Shown one piece after another: positions 51,378 to 62,719 of a stretch of DNA of 64,000 bases; position 1 is the stretch's first letter, and each line of letters begins with the position of its first letter. The translations under genes and the position numbers were made by a program. A model generated the notes under the pieces. It made no database searches. It was not told the DNA's origin and worked only from the letters and a program-made list of their open reading frames with translations. The stretch is from Tubulanus polymorphus (taxonomy: Eukaryota; Animalia; Nemertea), in NCBI RefSeq assembly GCF_964204645.1, contig NC_134031.1, forward strand, positions 13,875,807 to 13,939,806, in the 5' to 3' direction.

Positions 51378-52343
51378 TTATTTACTCTAAAAAGTCAAAG
51401 CTTTTTATAATGCCACCAATAGGTTCAAGAAAAACATGGCCTTATGATGATTTTGAAATTTTAAAGCATAGTTTTGAATTTGAGTTCGCGTGTTCATTAG
51501 CAGGAAAGTTTTTGCTTTGAGTGAGCACTGGCATTAGAATGGAGGGCATTATTTTATGGAATTTGACTAAGTTCTCTTGATATATTGGTGATACAAGCGA
51601 TACCAGCTACTACATCATACAATCTATTGAATGCCTGATGATTTTTGAGAGTGAAAATTGGTACAATCATTTTGTGTTGTGTGATTTTTGGGTTCATTTG
51701 TTGTGTTGCATTGAAAATATCTATCAATTGGTGTCAAATCCGCCCCTCGTATCACCGGCCACATATTTTTTATGAAGAAGTGTTGAACATGAGAATGAAA
51801 TGAACCAGGTTCATTTCATTTGCACTTTCAATGACTTCTGCCACTTACTGATTATTGTGAAACCTGAGAATAACTTTATTTTAATATGCCTGTAATATTT
51901 CATGTCATATTCATACTTGTGCAATGTAGCTTCAGTATTCACATATAATAATCATATGTGAGATTAAATTATATTTGTGAGATTAGTCCCGTGGGTTATT
52001 TTATAACCCAGTCAGTAGCTTTTAAGTCCGATAATTATAGGCCAAACAGGTTTGATTTCTACTGTTTCTTGGGATATTAGGGGTACAACTTTTCTGATCA
52101 TTGGGACCAAGTTTTAACAAGAGTGTTATCCCACCTAATCAGTTTACAGGCCCACATACCATGTATCAGAGATATTATAATAAGTTCGATCCTGTTTGTC
52201 ATACATTTCATTGGTCCAAAATTATCTGGATGATTACTGTGATGTTTTTCTGTTCTCAAAGGCAAGTTTCAACTAGGCTCTTCCAATTCCAGAATACTCT
52301 TCTGTTCTTATTGACTAGAATATGCTCTACCTATTCTGTATTA

Positions 52344-54104
52344 CAGTAAAACTTGTCTTACTCAGACATGACCAACTCAGACGTTCGTTAAACTTGGACA
52401 AAAAGAAATTTATTTCCAGAATTGCTATAGTTTTCTGTACATAACACAATGTCCAACTCGGACTCTTTCAACTCTGATTTTTATCTAACTTGAACAGTAT
52501 TTCGACAAAACTTCATTCTCCCATTTACTCAACTCGGACTATTGGACGTGCTTCCCTGCGATAATCTAATGCTGATAAAGATAACTATTATTTAATGTCT
52601 GATGTTATTGATTGTTTGCCGATCATACATATAAATGTGGCAGCGTGCCGTAGCTGAGTCTAGTGATGCTATCGGGTTCAAGTCCCTGTTGGGGGAGGAT
52701 GACAGTTAAAATGCCCGAGGCTAAGAAGAGAAAATCAACTTCACGTTCAAGTCAGAGCTGGAAATGAGTTCTGTGCGAGAAAAATTCAAATATGAAAAGT
52801 ATGATTGTTGCAGGAAAGTTCGGGCTGAAAAAGCAATCTTTGAGTGATATTTTGAAAAATAGACAAAATGCTGTAAAAAGTCAGTGCAGTCTAAATTCAA
52901 CTCTTGACACGGCTTTATTGGTTTACCTTTGTCAGCGATATGAAGTTGGCATTGAGCCAATTCATGTAAAATTGCGGTATGTTTTTTTATGTGAGCATTT
53001 GTTTCATTGGTTCTCGGCTTAAACGACGTATAATCGATGCGTATAATCGAAAATAATTATGGGAAAGCCATAGAATGGCGAATATTTCATTGGACTAGGT
53101 GCCGTATACGTGCGAATTTCAAATGCTCATTGCTGGTTTAGTTTAGTTTAGTTTAGAATGTAAATGGTGAGAATGTAATTATTATCCGCCATAGGTATTG
53201 TTTCATTTTAATACTGGTGATTAATTTGATTGACATTGAAGTGTAAGCGAACATTCACTTACACAAGGCCTCCACGTGTGCGCGGAAATCATTACATTGG
53301 ACTGCTGCACACACAAACACATGCGCGTACAGTATACACTACTATAGTGATACTCTAACGCTGCTTGCTGGCGCGTTTGACATTTCATCAGCAGAAGAGC
53401 GCTGTGTTTTCTTTTAGATAGAATTTGTAATAAATTGTAATTTCTTGTGACCTGAAAATACTAAGCAGCAAACTATAGCTATAAGTCGAGGTCTGAATAT
53501 TGTAGTGGTAAATTCCAGGATTTAAAACGATCTAATACGCCGATTTCTTACTGCACCGGTCCGGTTAAAACATTTTTTTATATATAGTACCTAGGATACT
53601 GGGGTCAAAAATTTTTTTGGTCAGGTCCCTGTGGTGACATCATATGAATTTTATTTGAATATTTTTTCATATTATGATAAATATTTCTTTGAAAATGTAA
53701 AATAGTTTCCATGCCGCGCCAACCTGTAGCCTACGAATTTTGGATGTGGACCGTAAACAAATTTACTACAAAATAATCCTTTAAGAAAGATGAAATACAA
53801 TATTTAAACTTGTAGAACTTTAAAGTCACGAATTAAAGAGATTTTTCAAGCAATGCTCTTACCCCAAACAACCTCTATGTTACAAAGTAAACCACACTTT
53901 ACCCATGGGAAATTTATTATTATGATTGTTTCTATTAATCGTTCATCAACCAGATATAATTGTAGATGGCAAAGCCAGTCATAAATCACCAGAAGGTGTT
54001 TTTAGCTTGAGTTGGATATTGGGTAAATGAAGAAAATTATGTCATCAGTCGAGCAGAACAAAATTTACGGTCCCAGTTTGTTCGAGTAAGGCCAGGTTAA
54101 ATGT
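52344..54104 (+). mobile_element. Tigger/pogo-derived element with CENP-B-type HTH remnant
   Basis: TA-flanked imperfect TIRs CAGTAAAACTTGTCTTACTC / GAGTAAGGCCAGGTTAAATG. Coding remnant KFGLKKQSLSDILKNR...LDTALL at ~52710-53035. Confidence 0.65.
53050..53918. mobile_element. Second copy of the ~870 bp repeat, nested in a Tigger-like element
   Basis: Collinear with 6143-6735 plus 7304-7588. Confidence 0.8.
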
Positions 54105-55017
54105 AACATAACCCGTAAACTTGATATTGCCGAAGCATTCATAATCTGGATTCCTGCTTAGTATGCTTTTCTATCTTACCTTTCAATCTTACCTGCCTAC
54201 CAATGATATAGGCCTCCTACTATTGATTCATCGTTTGTTAGATCAAAAATTCTGGCTGGTCTCTGATCTATGTTCAATAAGCCACAACAAATGAACTTAG
54301 CCTAATTGGGATTTATTTGAATACATACAACCTAGCGCAGGGTGGAAGTTAGCAGTGTAATATCCACAAACTTAAAATATACGATTGTAATGTAATCAGT
54401 TTACAATTTTTTTCAGTAGGTAACAAATGTAGTGTGTTGAAAGAATTTTGTTATTGTTTAAAACTCAAAATATTACGCGTAATAAATAAGTATTATATAT
54501 TTGATGTTCCAGTTTCTTTCAATCATAATTTGTGTAATACTGGACTACAATTATACACAGTATATCCCTGTCACCACCCACACGAGCTACACCACCTCGC
54601 ACACAGTATACAGGGTGCTGCGAACCAGCCACTTTTGGGACTGGGTGAAGATTACTGTACAAAGAACATTTCTAAGAGATCAATTAATACACTACACATG
54701 TTAGTTTTGACTCATGTAACTTCGATGAATGTGATCCAAGAAAATTAGACCTTTAAAACCACCCCTTTTTGCCAACACAACTATAGTACCAACACTACTC
54801 ACAAACCCTTTTGCTGCAAGCATGATTGCATTGTGGTATGCAGGGGTCCCCATTTATTTATGGACCTTATTAGTCCACTTGGGACTTACGTCCCGCGATT
54901 GCATTAGTTGATAGGGGCATATAGATGTTAACAGCCTAGAAGCTGCAATTTTCGACCAATTTTTGACCCACTTGGTACTTTAATATCTAAGTATCTTTTA
55001 AAGTATCTGTTTCCCAA

Positions 55018-56124
55018 TTTTAGCCCACTTGGGACTTAAGTCCCAGCAGGCTATTGCGTTAACTTTTCGTCCGTCGTCCGTCCGTAGACGGAATCCAGTT
55101 ATTTTGGGAAGTTTTGAAGACGCTTTAAGGTAACGTCTTGATATTTGGGTTACACATGTGTCTACCCTAGACACATCTTCAGCCCAAAAACTGGCCCTGT
55201 CAGAATCAAGATGGCCAACTGGCGGCCGTTGTTGTTCGCCAAAATCAGCACTTTTTACACATTTTTGAACTTTTTGAGGGAAATTTTGAAGACACTTCGA
55301 TCAATTACCTTGATCTTTCAGATATATGTGAATCCCCCCAGGGCCCATCAGCATAACAAAAATTAGGTCAATCGGACTCAAGATGGCCGTCCTATGACCT
55401 TTTTAGTGCCCAAAAATCTTAATTTTGGCCCGAATTCGGAGTCCTGTAGCTTCCTACTGGTTTACCATTTCTCATTGAAATTTGTGATGGGTATTCTTTG
55501 GAAAGGGATGTTTTATACCTGAGATAGGTATTTTTCATCAGCCAATTATGACGCAATTGGCGGCCATCTTGGTGTCACCAGTACTCATTCGTAAGTGGGA
55601 AAAAGTTTTTCCACATTATATTGATACCTAAGCGTATTTTGGTACCACAATCAATTAGAAAGTTGTAGCTCATAATGTGTTCTATGATTGTGGTGAGTTT
55701 CAAGGTAATTGGATTTCGTATATGGCCACCAAGGGGTGTTGAATAATACAATATCTTCGCATTTCTTTGTTTTATTCATACCTAGGCATATTTTGTTACC
55801 ATGATCAATTGCAAAGTTGTATTTCATGACATGTACTACGATTGTGGTGAGTTTTAAGGTCATTGGGTTTTGCATATGGTCACCAGGGGGCGTTGAATAG
55901 TAGAATAACATAGTATTTCCATATTTAATTGGTAACGAGGCATATTTTGTTATCACAATCAGTTACAAAATCGTAGCTGCTGACATGTTCTATGATTGTG
56001 GTGAGTTTCAAGGTCATTGGATTTTGTATATGGTCACCAGGGGGCATTGAATATTGAAATTGTTAGATTGTTGAGCATTTGAAACCACTTCCCAAGTGGG
56101 CATGGTGTCCCTGGACCCCTAGTT
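55018..56124 (+). mobile_element. HINE family 1 full-length copy (Helentron-associated, DINE-1-like architecture)
   Basis: 5' subTIR GCCCACTTGGGA with adjacent partial inverted repeat, CGTCCGTCGTCCGTCCGT, three ~154-bp tandem units, 3' subTIR TCCCAAGTGGGC, stem-loop, T-rich flanks, no TSD. Confidence 0.88.
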
Positions 56125-56944
56125 TTCTTATAAATTGCTTTATTAACGAAAGAACAATTTTACAGTATATAAATTATGCTTAAGTCTTTTGAAAAGACAT
56201 TTCATTAGCAATTTTCCTTGTTCATCATTTCAACCAATGAAGTCACTGCATGAATTTGAGTATCAAAAATACCACTCTCCGTATTCAATGAGAGTAAACC
56301 CTCTGGGACGACCCTTGATCAAATTCATACCCGTTTAAGAAGTTAGGCACAGGTAGTAACCCAGAGTTTTTAAAATTTCAGCAACTCATTTGTTTTTTTC
56401 CATCAAAAGGCTCTTACCCTGACCAGGGACCCTTAAAATGTGCTCAATGGGCGATCCTACTTCATTCAAGCAAACTCACTCAGGAAGACTAGAAATTAAA
56501 GAGTATTGCGTTCGCTTATATTTCAGGAATTAGTGTGTCACGTGATCAGCGACTCCCCAATAATGGGACAAACTGTACTTGAAATACGTATGTAATGCAT
56601 TAGACTCCGCCTGAAATTGGTGATCTTTAGACTTGCTACTTTCAGATCTTTAGGTCACTAATCACAGCCTCGCACGCAGCGCAACAAAATTAGTTCACTC
56701 TTGTGAATTCTACAAGCTGAGATTCTCACTGGGATCCACCTACGAGCAATCGTTTCTTGGAGATGATATCGGATAAGCGCCATGCTTATCGGATCGGATG
56801 GCCCATATCGGATAAGCGGCGACATCTGAGGGTCACCAATTTCACCATTTTGACAATGCCCGTTTGAAAGGAAAAATACCTTTTCCATTTTTGACAAAAT
56901 TCCACCTGGTTTTGACTGACTTGATTAGATTTTCGGAGTTTTAA

Positions 56945-57610
56945 CCCTTTGGTGCCTAGTGACGCCATATGGCGTAGCTTTTGAAAAGTGCAAAAGTGCC
57001 CACCTACGCCAATTGGTGTAGCAAAAGTTCCTGAGTTCATAGTTCCATCAGGTAGCGCTATCTGCATGGAACTATGGCATGTCCGTGTGCCAGAGCCTGT
57101 TTATAGGGAGATCCAAAATGGATGCCCCCATGAAAATTTTTTTGAGAATGTTTTCAATTTTTCACGGACGATTGAAACCCGGAAGTTGGATACTAAAAAT
57201 ATTTTAAAAATCGTTATTTACTTGTTTATTTATATTTATTGATGAATCCTTCAGGGATGTTAGAAAACATGTTTTAGAGTCATTTGAAACCATTTTAGGC
57301 TGGAATGAATATGGTTTAGCTGGAAAAATTTTCTTTAGATGTCATCATATTTTTTGTTCCACTTCAGTGATTTTTGGGGTATCCTCCAAGGATCCCAAAG
57401 GACCCTTACTATGATGATTCATTGAAACTTGTCATATTTTGGATCTGCATGTAATTATATGCAATTGGGTGTTTAAATCATCAGAATTGGACAAGTTTTG
57501 ACTAAGTTATGCAATTTTGAAAAAAAAATCATTCAACCGTGATGAGTGAAAATTGGAGCCGTTCAGGCAAAAACGCACATTTTTTGCGAAAATCGACAGG
57601 CACCAAAGGG
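56945..57610. mobile_element. piggyBac-type non-autonomous element
   Basis: TTAA-CCCTTTGGTGCCT...AGGCACCAAAGGG-TTAA. Confidence 0.85.
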
Positions 57611-58779
57611 TTAAATAAAAGGAAAACATTGATCGGTCTGACACTGAATCAGCACTCTTTGCATATATGCCTTTTTAGATAAATCGGGTAGTCAGGTCAC
57701 ATGGAAGTGTTACACAGAAAAAAATCTGTGAGTAAAGCAGAATTCGACGAAATTGGCCAAAAGTTATATCAAGATATAAAACCATTCTGTATCGATCCTA
57801 GACGACTTGTCCATAAGCTGCTAAATACAAATAAATTCCATTAAAAAGCTTGTTTCGTCTCTTTTTCTGCCTACAATTAATTGGTACCGAAAAATTACTT
57901 GGTGCCGAAAAAAATGGACGATCATAACCTAGCGCTTGAATCATTTTACCGTGATGAACACATGCTGACTGACATTCAATGAGAGAAAATCAATAAACAT
58001 CTGTACGGACATTGCAACGGACGGTTAGTTTTCGGTTCTTAGGATCGCTACCCGTGCTGGGGATTGAGTACAAACTGAATGTGAGCGATGTATTGTCTTA
58101 GGGTATTGTGTAGGGTAGTCTAGATTCTAGACTACCCTACTACGATCTAATCATTCTACCAGTGCAGGGGCGCGGTTGTAAGATTTTTAAAGGAGTGGCC
58201 AAGGAGAAGTGGCGAGACTCACTAGCGAGCCACACAGCAACAAAGTCCTTTGAAAAATCCTTAGGAGATGGTGGAATTTGGTGGCATTTCAGCGATAGTT
58301 TCTGTAAAAATTAAGACAGACTGCTAAGTCAGTGCTGCGGCCAGAATGAGGTGTTGATAATATTGATGACATACCCGAACAATTGATGAAAGTTTACCGG
58401 ACACATATATGGCCTAGCGAAATGCCTGTAACCGAACGCATAATACGGCCTAATAGCACATTGGGTAGAGTTGCACTATGTACGTTGTATAGGTTTCTAC
58501 GACAGTTCTGTTTACAAGGCAGCGAAGCAACAATCTTACAGGGCCTACTGCAAACAATCCCAAACCATTTTCATCTTAATTCAACAGTGCGAGCTACAGA
58601 GAAAGGCTGCATAACTTTATTGTTTCAGCTAAAGGCATGCATCTGAACTAATGTCAGGCGATTGCAGAATGCTGAAATCCGATTGCGTTAAGTTATTACA
58701 AAGCCCGTTAGGTATGGTCCAATATTGTTGCCATATATTCCACATAAGCCAATATTACAGAATTGTTAAGATATCTGTT

Positions 58780-59063
58780 AAAAGGTTTATAAGATGGTAA
58801 TGGCTGGAAGTGGGAACATGAGCATTAGCAGGCTCTGGATGCGATATTAAGTTCTTTGACATCCGAGCCGGTTCTGGAGTTCTACATAAGCGAGCAGGCC
58901 AGGATTTAGGCAGATGCATTTCCGACTGGGTTGGGTGCGTCGTTGTACCAAGATGGTCACCCTGTAGCAGTCGCATCCCGTACTCTCACATCTACTGGGT
59001 GCAATTATGCCCAAACTGAACGCGAAATGTTAGCTATATGTTTTGCAGGTTCTAAATTCCACA
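58780..59063 (+). pseudogene. Gypsy RNase H fragment
   Basis: DAFPTGLGASLYQDGHPVAVASRTLTSTGCNYAQTEREMLAICFAGSKFH from 58913, preceded by LTSEPVLEFY. Confidence 0.8.
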
Positions 59064-59255
59064 GAATATCATGTCCTGGTTGCTTTTGTTAAGTCTTTGG
59101 TCCACAATTATTATTTGGTCCATGGCGTGAACAGTGTGTATGTCACATTATGCTGCCCTTTAAGCATAGGTTCTGCTGTACTATGGAGTTCCTAACTTGT
59201 TGACAAATCTCGTAATAAATTGAAAAAAACTTACCGTATGCATTCTTTTGTACCA

Positions 59256-59261
59256 TTTATT
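59256..59261 (-). promoter_or_regulatory. Candidate polyadenylation signal of mitofusin
   Basis: AATAAA on the minus strand ~260 nt downstream of the stop codon. Confidence 0.4.
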
Positions 59262-59519
59262 TTACAAAACTTGCATTGTTTACAATGCTCAAACAATATT
59301 TTTTCAAACATTTACAATTTGTACATGTTATGAACTCAATATACTTACTAACAACAAATAATGTATCATGTTTTCAAATTTTATACATATACATATATAA
59401 ACATTACTATGTGTCTGATCCTATCAGCTGGGATAGCGAGTCACAGTGACTAAACTTATATGCGAACATTCAGAAATCCTTTCTATAAATGAAAGTCCCT
59501 TCTAAGCCGATTATATAAT

Positions 59520-59589
59520 CTATTGTCCATCGCGCAAATACTGATTTATGAAACCATTCAATTCACTATCTAACCAGCCAGCTTTATTC
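59520..59589 (-). CDS. MFN2: Mitofusin terminal coding exon
   Basis: Minus strand gacag|G AAT AAA GCT GGC TGG...CAA TAG = NKAGWLDSELNGFINQYLRDGQ*, cf. MFN2 NKAGWLDSELNMFTHQYL. Preceded by a 77-nt GT-AG intron with matching phase. Confidence 0.92.
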
Positions 59590-59666
59590 CTGTCATGAGA
59601 AAAGAATTCAAATTTAAAACATGTGATCTCAAGTATAAGTAGTTAGGGAAGGGAAAGATTACGTAC

Positions 59667-59801
59667 TTGAGGATTTTAGATTTATTGTTGATATCTTCTA
59701 GTTTCGATACTTCTTTGTCTAAATGTTTGATCTCTTCCATCAACTCGGACTTTGCTACTTCGACCTGATGACACAATCGTGAAAACATTGACGCCAGTTC
59801 C
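59667..59801 (-). CDS. MFN2: Mitofusin penultimate exon (HR2 / Fzo_mitofusin coiled coil)
   Basis: Minus strand ttttcag|G...CTCAA|gtacgt. Encodes ELASMFSRLCHQVEVAKSELMEEIKHLDKEVSKLEDINNKSKIL(K), resembling MFN2 [24 protein letters not shown]...SKAKLLR. The symbol marks the family; orthology to MFN1 vs MFN2 is not resolved. Confidence 0.9.
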
Positions 59802-60216
59802 CTGAAAATGCATAATTTTTTAATACATTTCATAGACTGTGACTAGTCTCAATTGATTTTGACTAGGGGCACAGTTGCATCGCATTTGACCTAAGCACAG
59901 AGCCGCCAACCTGTGACTAGTCTCAATAACTCAATCAGCGAGTATCTGAATCAGGGACATTCAAAGAAATTTTTTAGGGCCATAATAACCAAATATTACA
60001 ATTTTTGGAACTAAAATTTGTATTTCCGAGTAGTACTTACCCTTTCCTATGGTTTTTGCCAATATTTTCTAAATTTGGATTTATCGCCAATGGTTTTTCT
60101 ATACCACCCGGCCCTGCGGTATTGCATTTAGCCACCGGCGAAATCCGCCATCTTTTTTCGTCATAGCAGACCAAAAAAAAAAAACCAGCTATGCGGGGCA
60201 GGTGGGCGGGATTCCC

Positions 60217-60314
60217 ACCATAGGAAAGGGTAAGTACTACTCGGAAATACAAATTTTAGTTCCAAAAATTGTAATATTTCCATCGAGTACTGTACCCTTT
60301 CCTATGGTTTTTGC
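60217..60314. repeat. DIRS internal complementary region (ICR)
   Basis: 60217-60279 is the exact reverse complement of 59991-60053 (63 nt). It is followed by TTTCCATCGAGTACTGTACCCTTTCCTATGGTTTTTG, a variant of the same terminal repeat. Confidence 0.9.
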
Positions 60315-60569
60315 TAGACTAGCCTAGCACAAGGATGGTGGGAAAGGTAGATAGAAAAACCACCGCTCAAACGCAAGGTAAGAGGGAAAAAGAGAGCACT
60401 TACCCAAGCACGGAATGGAGCACTGTAGCACAGGGAAGACCGGTTGGCCACAGTGAGTCCGTCCAGCTCAGGGGCCCCCCCCCCAGAATTTTGCGAAATT
60501 AATACTTGCAGATATGAGCCCAAACTATGTACAAGGATACTGTGATCCTGATAATGCTACATAAATATT

Positions 60570-61814
60570 CTACACTAAAGGGTCCGATCGGAAAGAACGG
60601 ACACCTTGAGCCATGACAACAGGACCAAGTGAAGCTAATGAGCCTAACTGGCCTGAAACATCCCGTAAATAAAATGACGTGAATGTCGACGGTGAATTCC
60701 AAAAGGCGGCCCGACAGACTTCCTCCAATGGAGCACCCGAAAAGGCTGCGCAGGAAGTAGCCATAGACCTCACTTGATGAGAAACGACTCCCTCCGAGGA
60801 AAGATTCTCCTTCAATAAAATGTCCTTGATCATTGAAGAGACCCATCGGGCTACTGTGTCCCGCGAAATATCACCCTTTAGGTGATCCAGCAGCGGAATA
60901 AATAACCGCTCCCGTGAACCCCTCCGTGAAGCAGAGCGATCTAAATAGAAACACAACGCCCGCACAGGACATAAAGTCCTGTCCGGGATGCCCGGTTCCA
61001 CTCGATGTTTTAGGGCTTCAATTCGCCATTGACGCCCAACCGAGCCTGGTCGTTGGTTCTTTGCCAAAAATTCCAAAGCAGGCCGCAGCGAAACAAATTC
61101 ATTCGCTGGCCCAAAAACAATGTGACCTTGTCGGACTGAAAGCGCATGAATCTCAGAGCGACGGGCCGAGCAAGCCAAGAACAGCAAAAATACAGTCTTT
61201 TTTGACAAATTTGCAAAAGACGCTGCCGAAAGAGGTTCAAATGGAGCCTCCATTAACTTCTTCAAAATTACAGACAGATCCCATGATGGAACTGTCCTTG
61301 TTACCCGAGGCCGGGAAATAGAAAACCCAGCAACCAGCTGGGATATCCGATGATCCCCTGCTACATTTGGCCATCCAGAAGCACGCAATGTATGAGAAAT
61401 CGCGGAGCGGTAACCTTTAATAGTTATGACCTGTAAACCTTTTGCTACAAATAGGTGCAGTAAAAAATCTGCCAATTGACCTACAGAGGGTGAGCATGGA
61501 TCAATTTCCCCTGCAGCACACCAATCCGCAAAATGACTCCATTTTGCATCGTAAATGGTACTTGTCGATGGCCGCTTAGATCCTGCGATAAAGGAGGCAG
61601 CCTGTTCTGAAAAGCCTGAAGCTGACAAGGATCGCTGGACAATGGCCAGGCGAGCAGATTTAACCACTGGCTGTTTGGATGATGCCGAAAGATCCCCTGA
61701 GACAGAAGCGATGGGAAATTCGGAAGAATCCTGGGGTTGTCGCACAGTAGGTTGAGAAGTGGTAGGAACCATTTCTGAGCCGGCCAACATGGTGCTACCA
61801 GAACTATGTTGCAA
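60570..61814 (-). CDS. DIRS tyrosine recombinase
   Basis: Phage-integrase N-terminal-like segment (STSTIYDAKWSHFADWC, TIKGYRSAIS). Catalytic residues SARRSEI (R), HQVR (HxxR), AFW (W) and FTSFYL (Y). Confidence 0.93.
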   Translation of the reverse strand: MQHSSGSTMLAGSEMVPTTSQPTVRQPQDSSEFPIASVSGDLSASSKQPVVKSARLAIVQRSLSASGFSEQAASFIAGSKRPSTSTIYDAKWSHFADWCAAGEIDPCSPSVGQLADFLLHLFVAKGLQVITIKGYRSAISHTLRASGWPNVAGDHRISQLVAGFSISRPRVTRTVPSWDLSVILKKLMEAPFEPLSAASFANLSKKTVFLLFLACSARRSEIHALSVRQGHIVFGPANEFVSLRPALEFLAKNQRPGSVGRQWRIEALKHRVEPGIPDRTLCPVRALCFYLDRSASRRGSRERLFIPLLDHLKGDISRDTVARWVSSMIKDILLKENLSSEGVVSHQVRSMATSCAAFSGAPLEEVCRAAFWNSPSTFTSFYLRDVSGQLGSLASLGPVVMAQGVRSFRSDPLV

Positions 61815-62716
61815 TTGACTGATCTCTCTATTTGATCCAGTAAGCGCGGCAGGACTGGTGTGGGCGGGAACGCATACGCATGCATCCCCGACCAGTCCAG
61901 AGAGAAGGCATCAACCCCCCACGCTTCCGCGTCTGGAAACGGGGACACAAACAGAGGACACCTCCGATTGAACCGGGTGGCAAACAGATCCAGCAGCGGA
62001 TTGCCAAAAATGCCCCGAACCCGATCGGCTACTTCTTGGTGGAGAACCCATTCTGTCGCAATAGCCTGACCTCGACGAGACAGAGCATCGGCCATCACGT
62101 TCCTTTTCCCTGCTAAATGTGCCACAGTCAGGGACACGCCCTTTGTCTGGCACCAAAGAAGAATTTTGGCCGACAGACCTGTGAGGGTTTCTGAGTGAGT
62201 GCCCCCTTGGTTCTGAAGGTAAGCCCTCACTGTTGAATTGTCTGTGGCTAACCAAACGTGGTGGCCCTCCACTCTCCTGTGAAAGAACTTCAGGGCCTTC
62301 CACACGGCCAGCATTTCTAGGAAATTTATGTGGTTGGTGGCCTCGTAGCGAGACCATTTCCCGGCTTTGACTCGGTTCTCCAGATGTGCCCCCCAACCTT
62401 GGTGACTGGCATCCGTGAATACACGAACTGGAGCCTCTAACGGGGCTAGTGACACCCCGAGCCGAAGATTCGTAGTGGCCGCCCACCACTGAAGATCCGG
62501 ACTTAGATCGGTTGGAGGTACGGGAATCAAGGCCTCCCAGTTGCCCTTCGACTGAGACCAGAAGACCTTCCAATATTGTTGCAAGCGCCTGCTTCTGAGG
62601 CGGCCTAAGGGCACCACCAGACCCATGGAGCTGATGGAGCCTAGAAGCCGTGACCAGTAACGAGCTGTTCTCGGGGTTGTGGACACTCCCGCTACAGCTT
62701 CTTGAAGTTTGGCCAC
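61481..62716 (-). CDS. DIRS RNase H + DNA N6-adenine methyltransferase-like domain (C-terminal part of pol)
   Basis: RNase H motifs VFTDASHQGWGA, HINFLEMLAV, ATDNSTV, NVMADALSR. MT-like motifs DLFA and YAFPP, plus VLVAPCWPAQKWF. Confidence 0.92.
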   Translation of the reverse strand: MAKLQEAVAGVSTTPRTARYWSRLLGSISSMGLVVPLGRLRSRRLQQYWKVFWSQSKGNWEALIPVPPTDLSPDLQWWAATTNLRLGVSLAPLEAPVRVFTDASHQGWGAHLENRVKAGKWSRYEATNHINFLEMLAVWKALKFFHRRVEGHHVWLATDNSTVRAYLQNQGGTHSETLTGLSAKILLWCQTKGVSLTVAHLAGKRNVMADALSRRGQAIATEWVLHQEVADRVRGIFGNPLLDLFATRFNRRCPLFVSPFPDAEAWGVDAFSLDWSGMHAYAFPPTPVLPRLLDQIERSVNCNIVLVAPCWPAQKWFLPLLNLLCDNPRILPNFPSLLSQGIFRHHPNSQWLNLLAWPLSSDPCQLQAFQNRLPPLSQDLSGHRQVPFTMQNGVILRIGVLQGKLIHAHPL

Positions 62717-62719
62717 TCG

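Noticed and set aside
54434-54748. Short ORFs between TMCO4 and mitofusin (also 50125-50610, 58383-58646)
   Set aside because: No recognisable domains or consistent splice structure. Several lie in MITEs or decayed TE sequence.
55640-56060. Regularly spaced repeats resembling a CRISPR array
   Set aside because: Whole ~154-bp units are repeated with no unique spacers, no cas genes are present, and the context is eukaryotic. These are HINE central tandem repeats.
59570-59833. 87-aa stand-alone coiled-coil ORF
   Set aside because: It is the penultimate mitofusin exon read through its flanking introns.
60570-62716. Phage integrase plus Dam-like methylase suggesting prophage or bacterial contamination
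   Set aside because: Both domains are standard DIRS1 components, linked here to RT/RNase H and ITR/ICR termini inside a spliceosomal intron.
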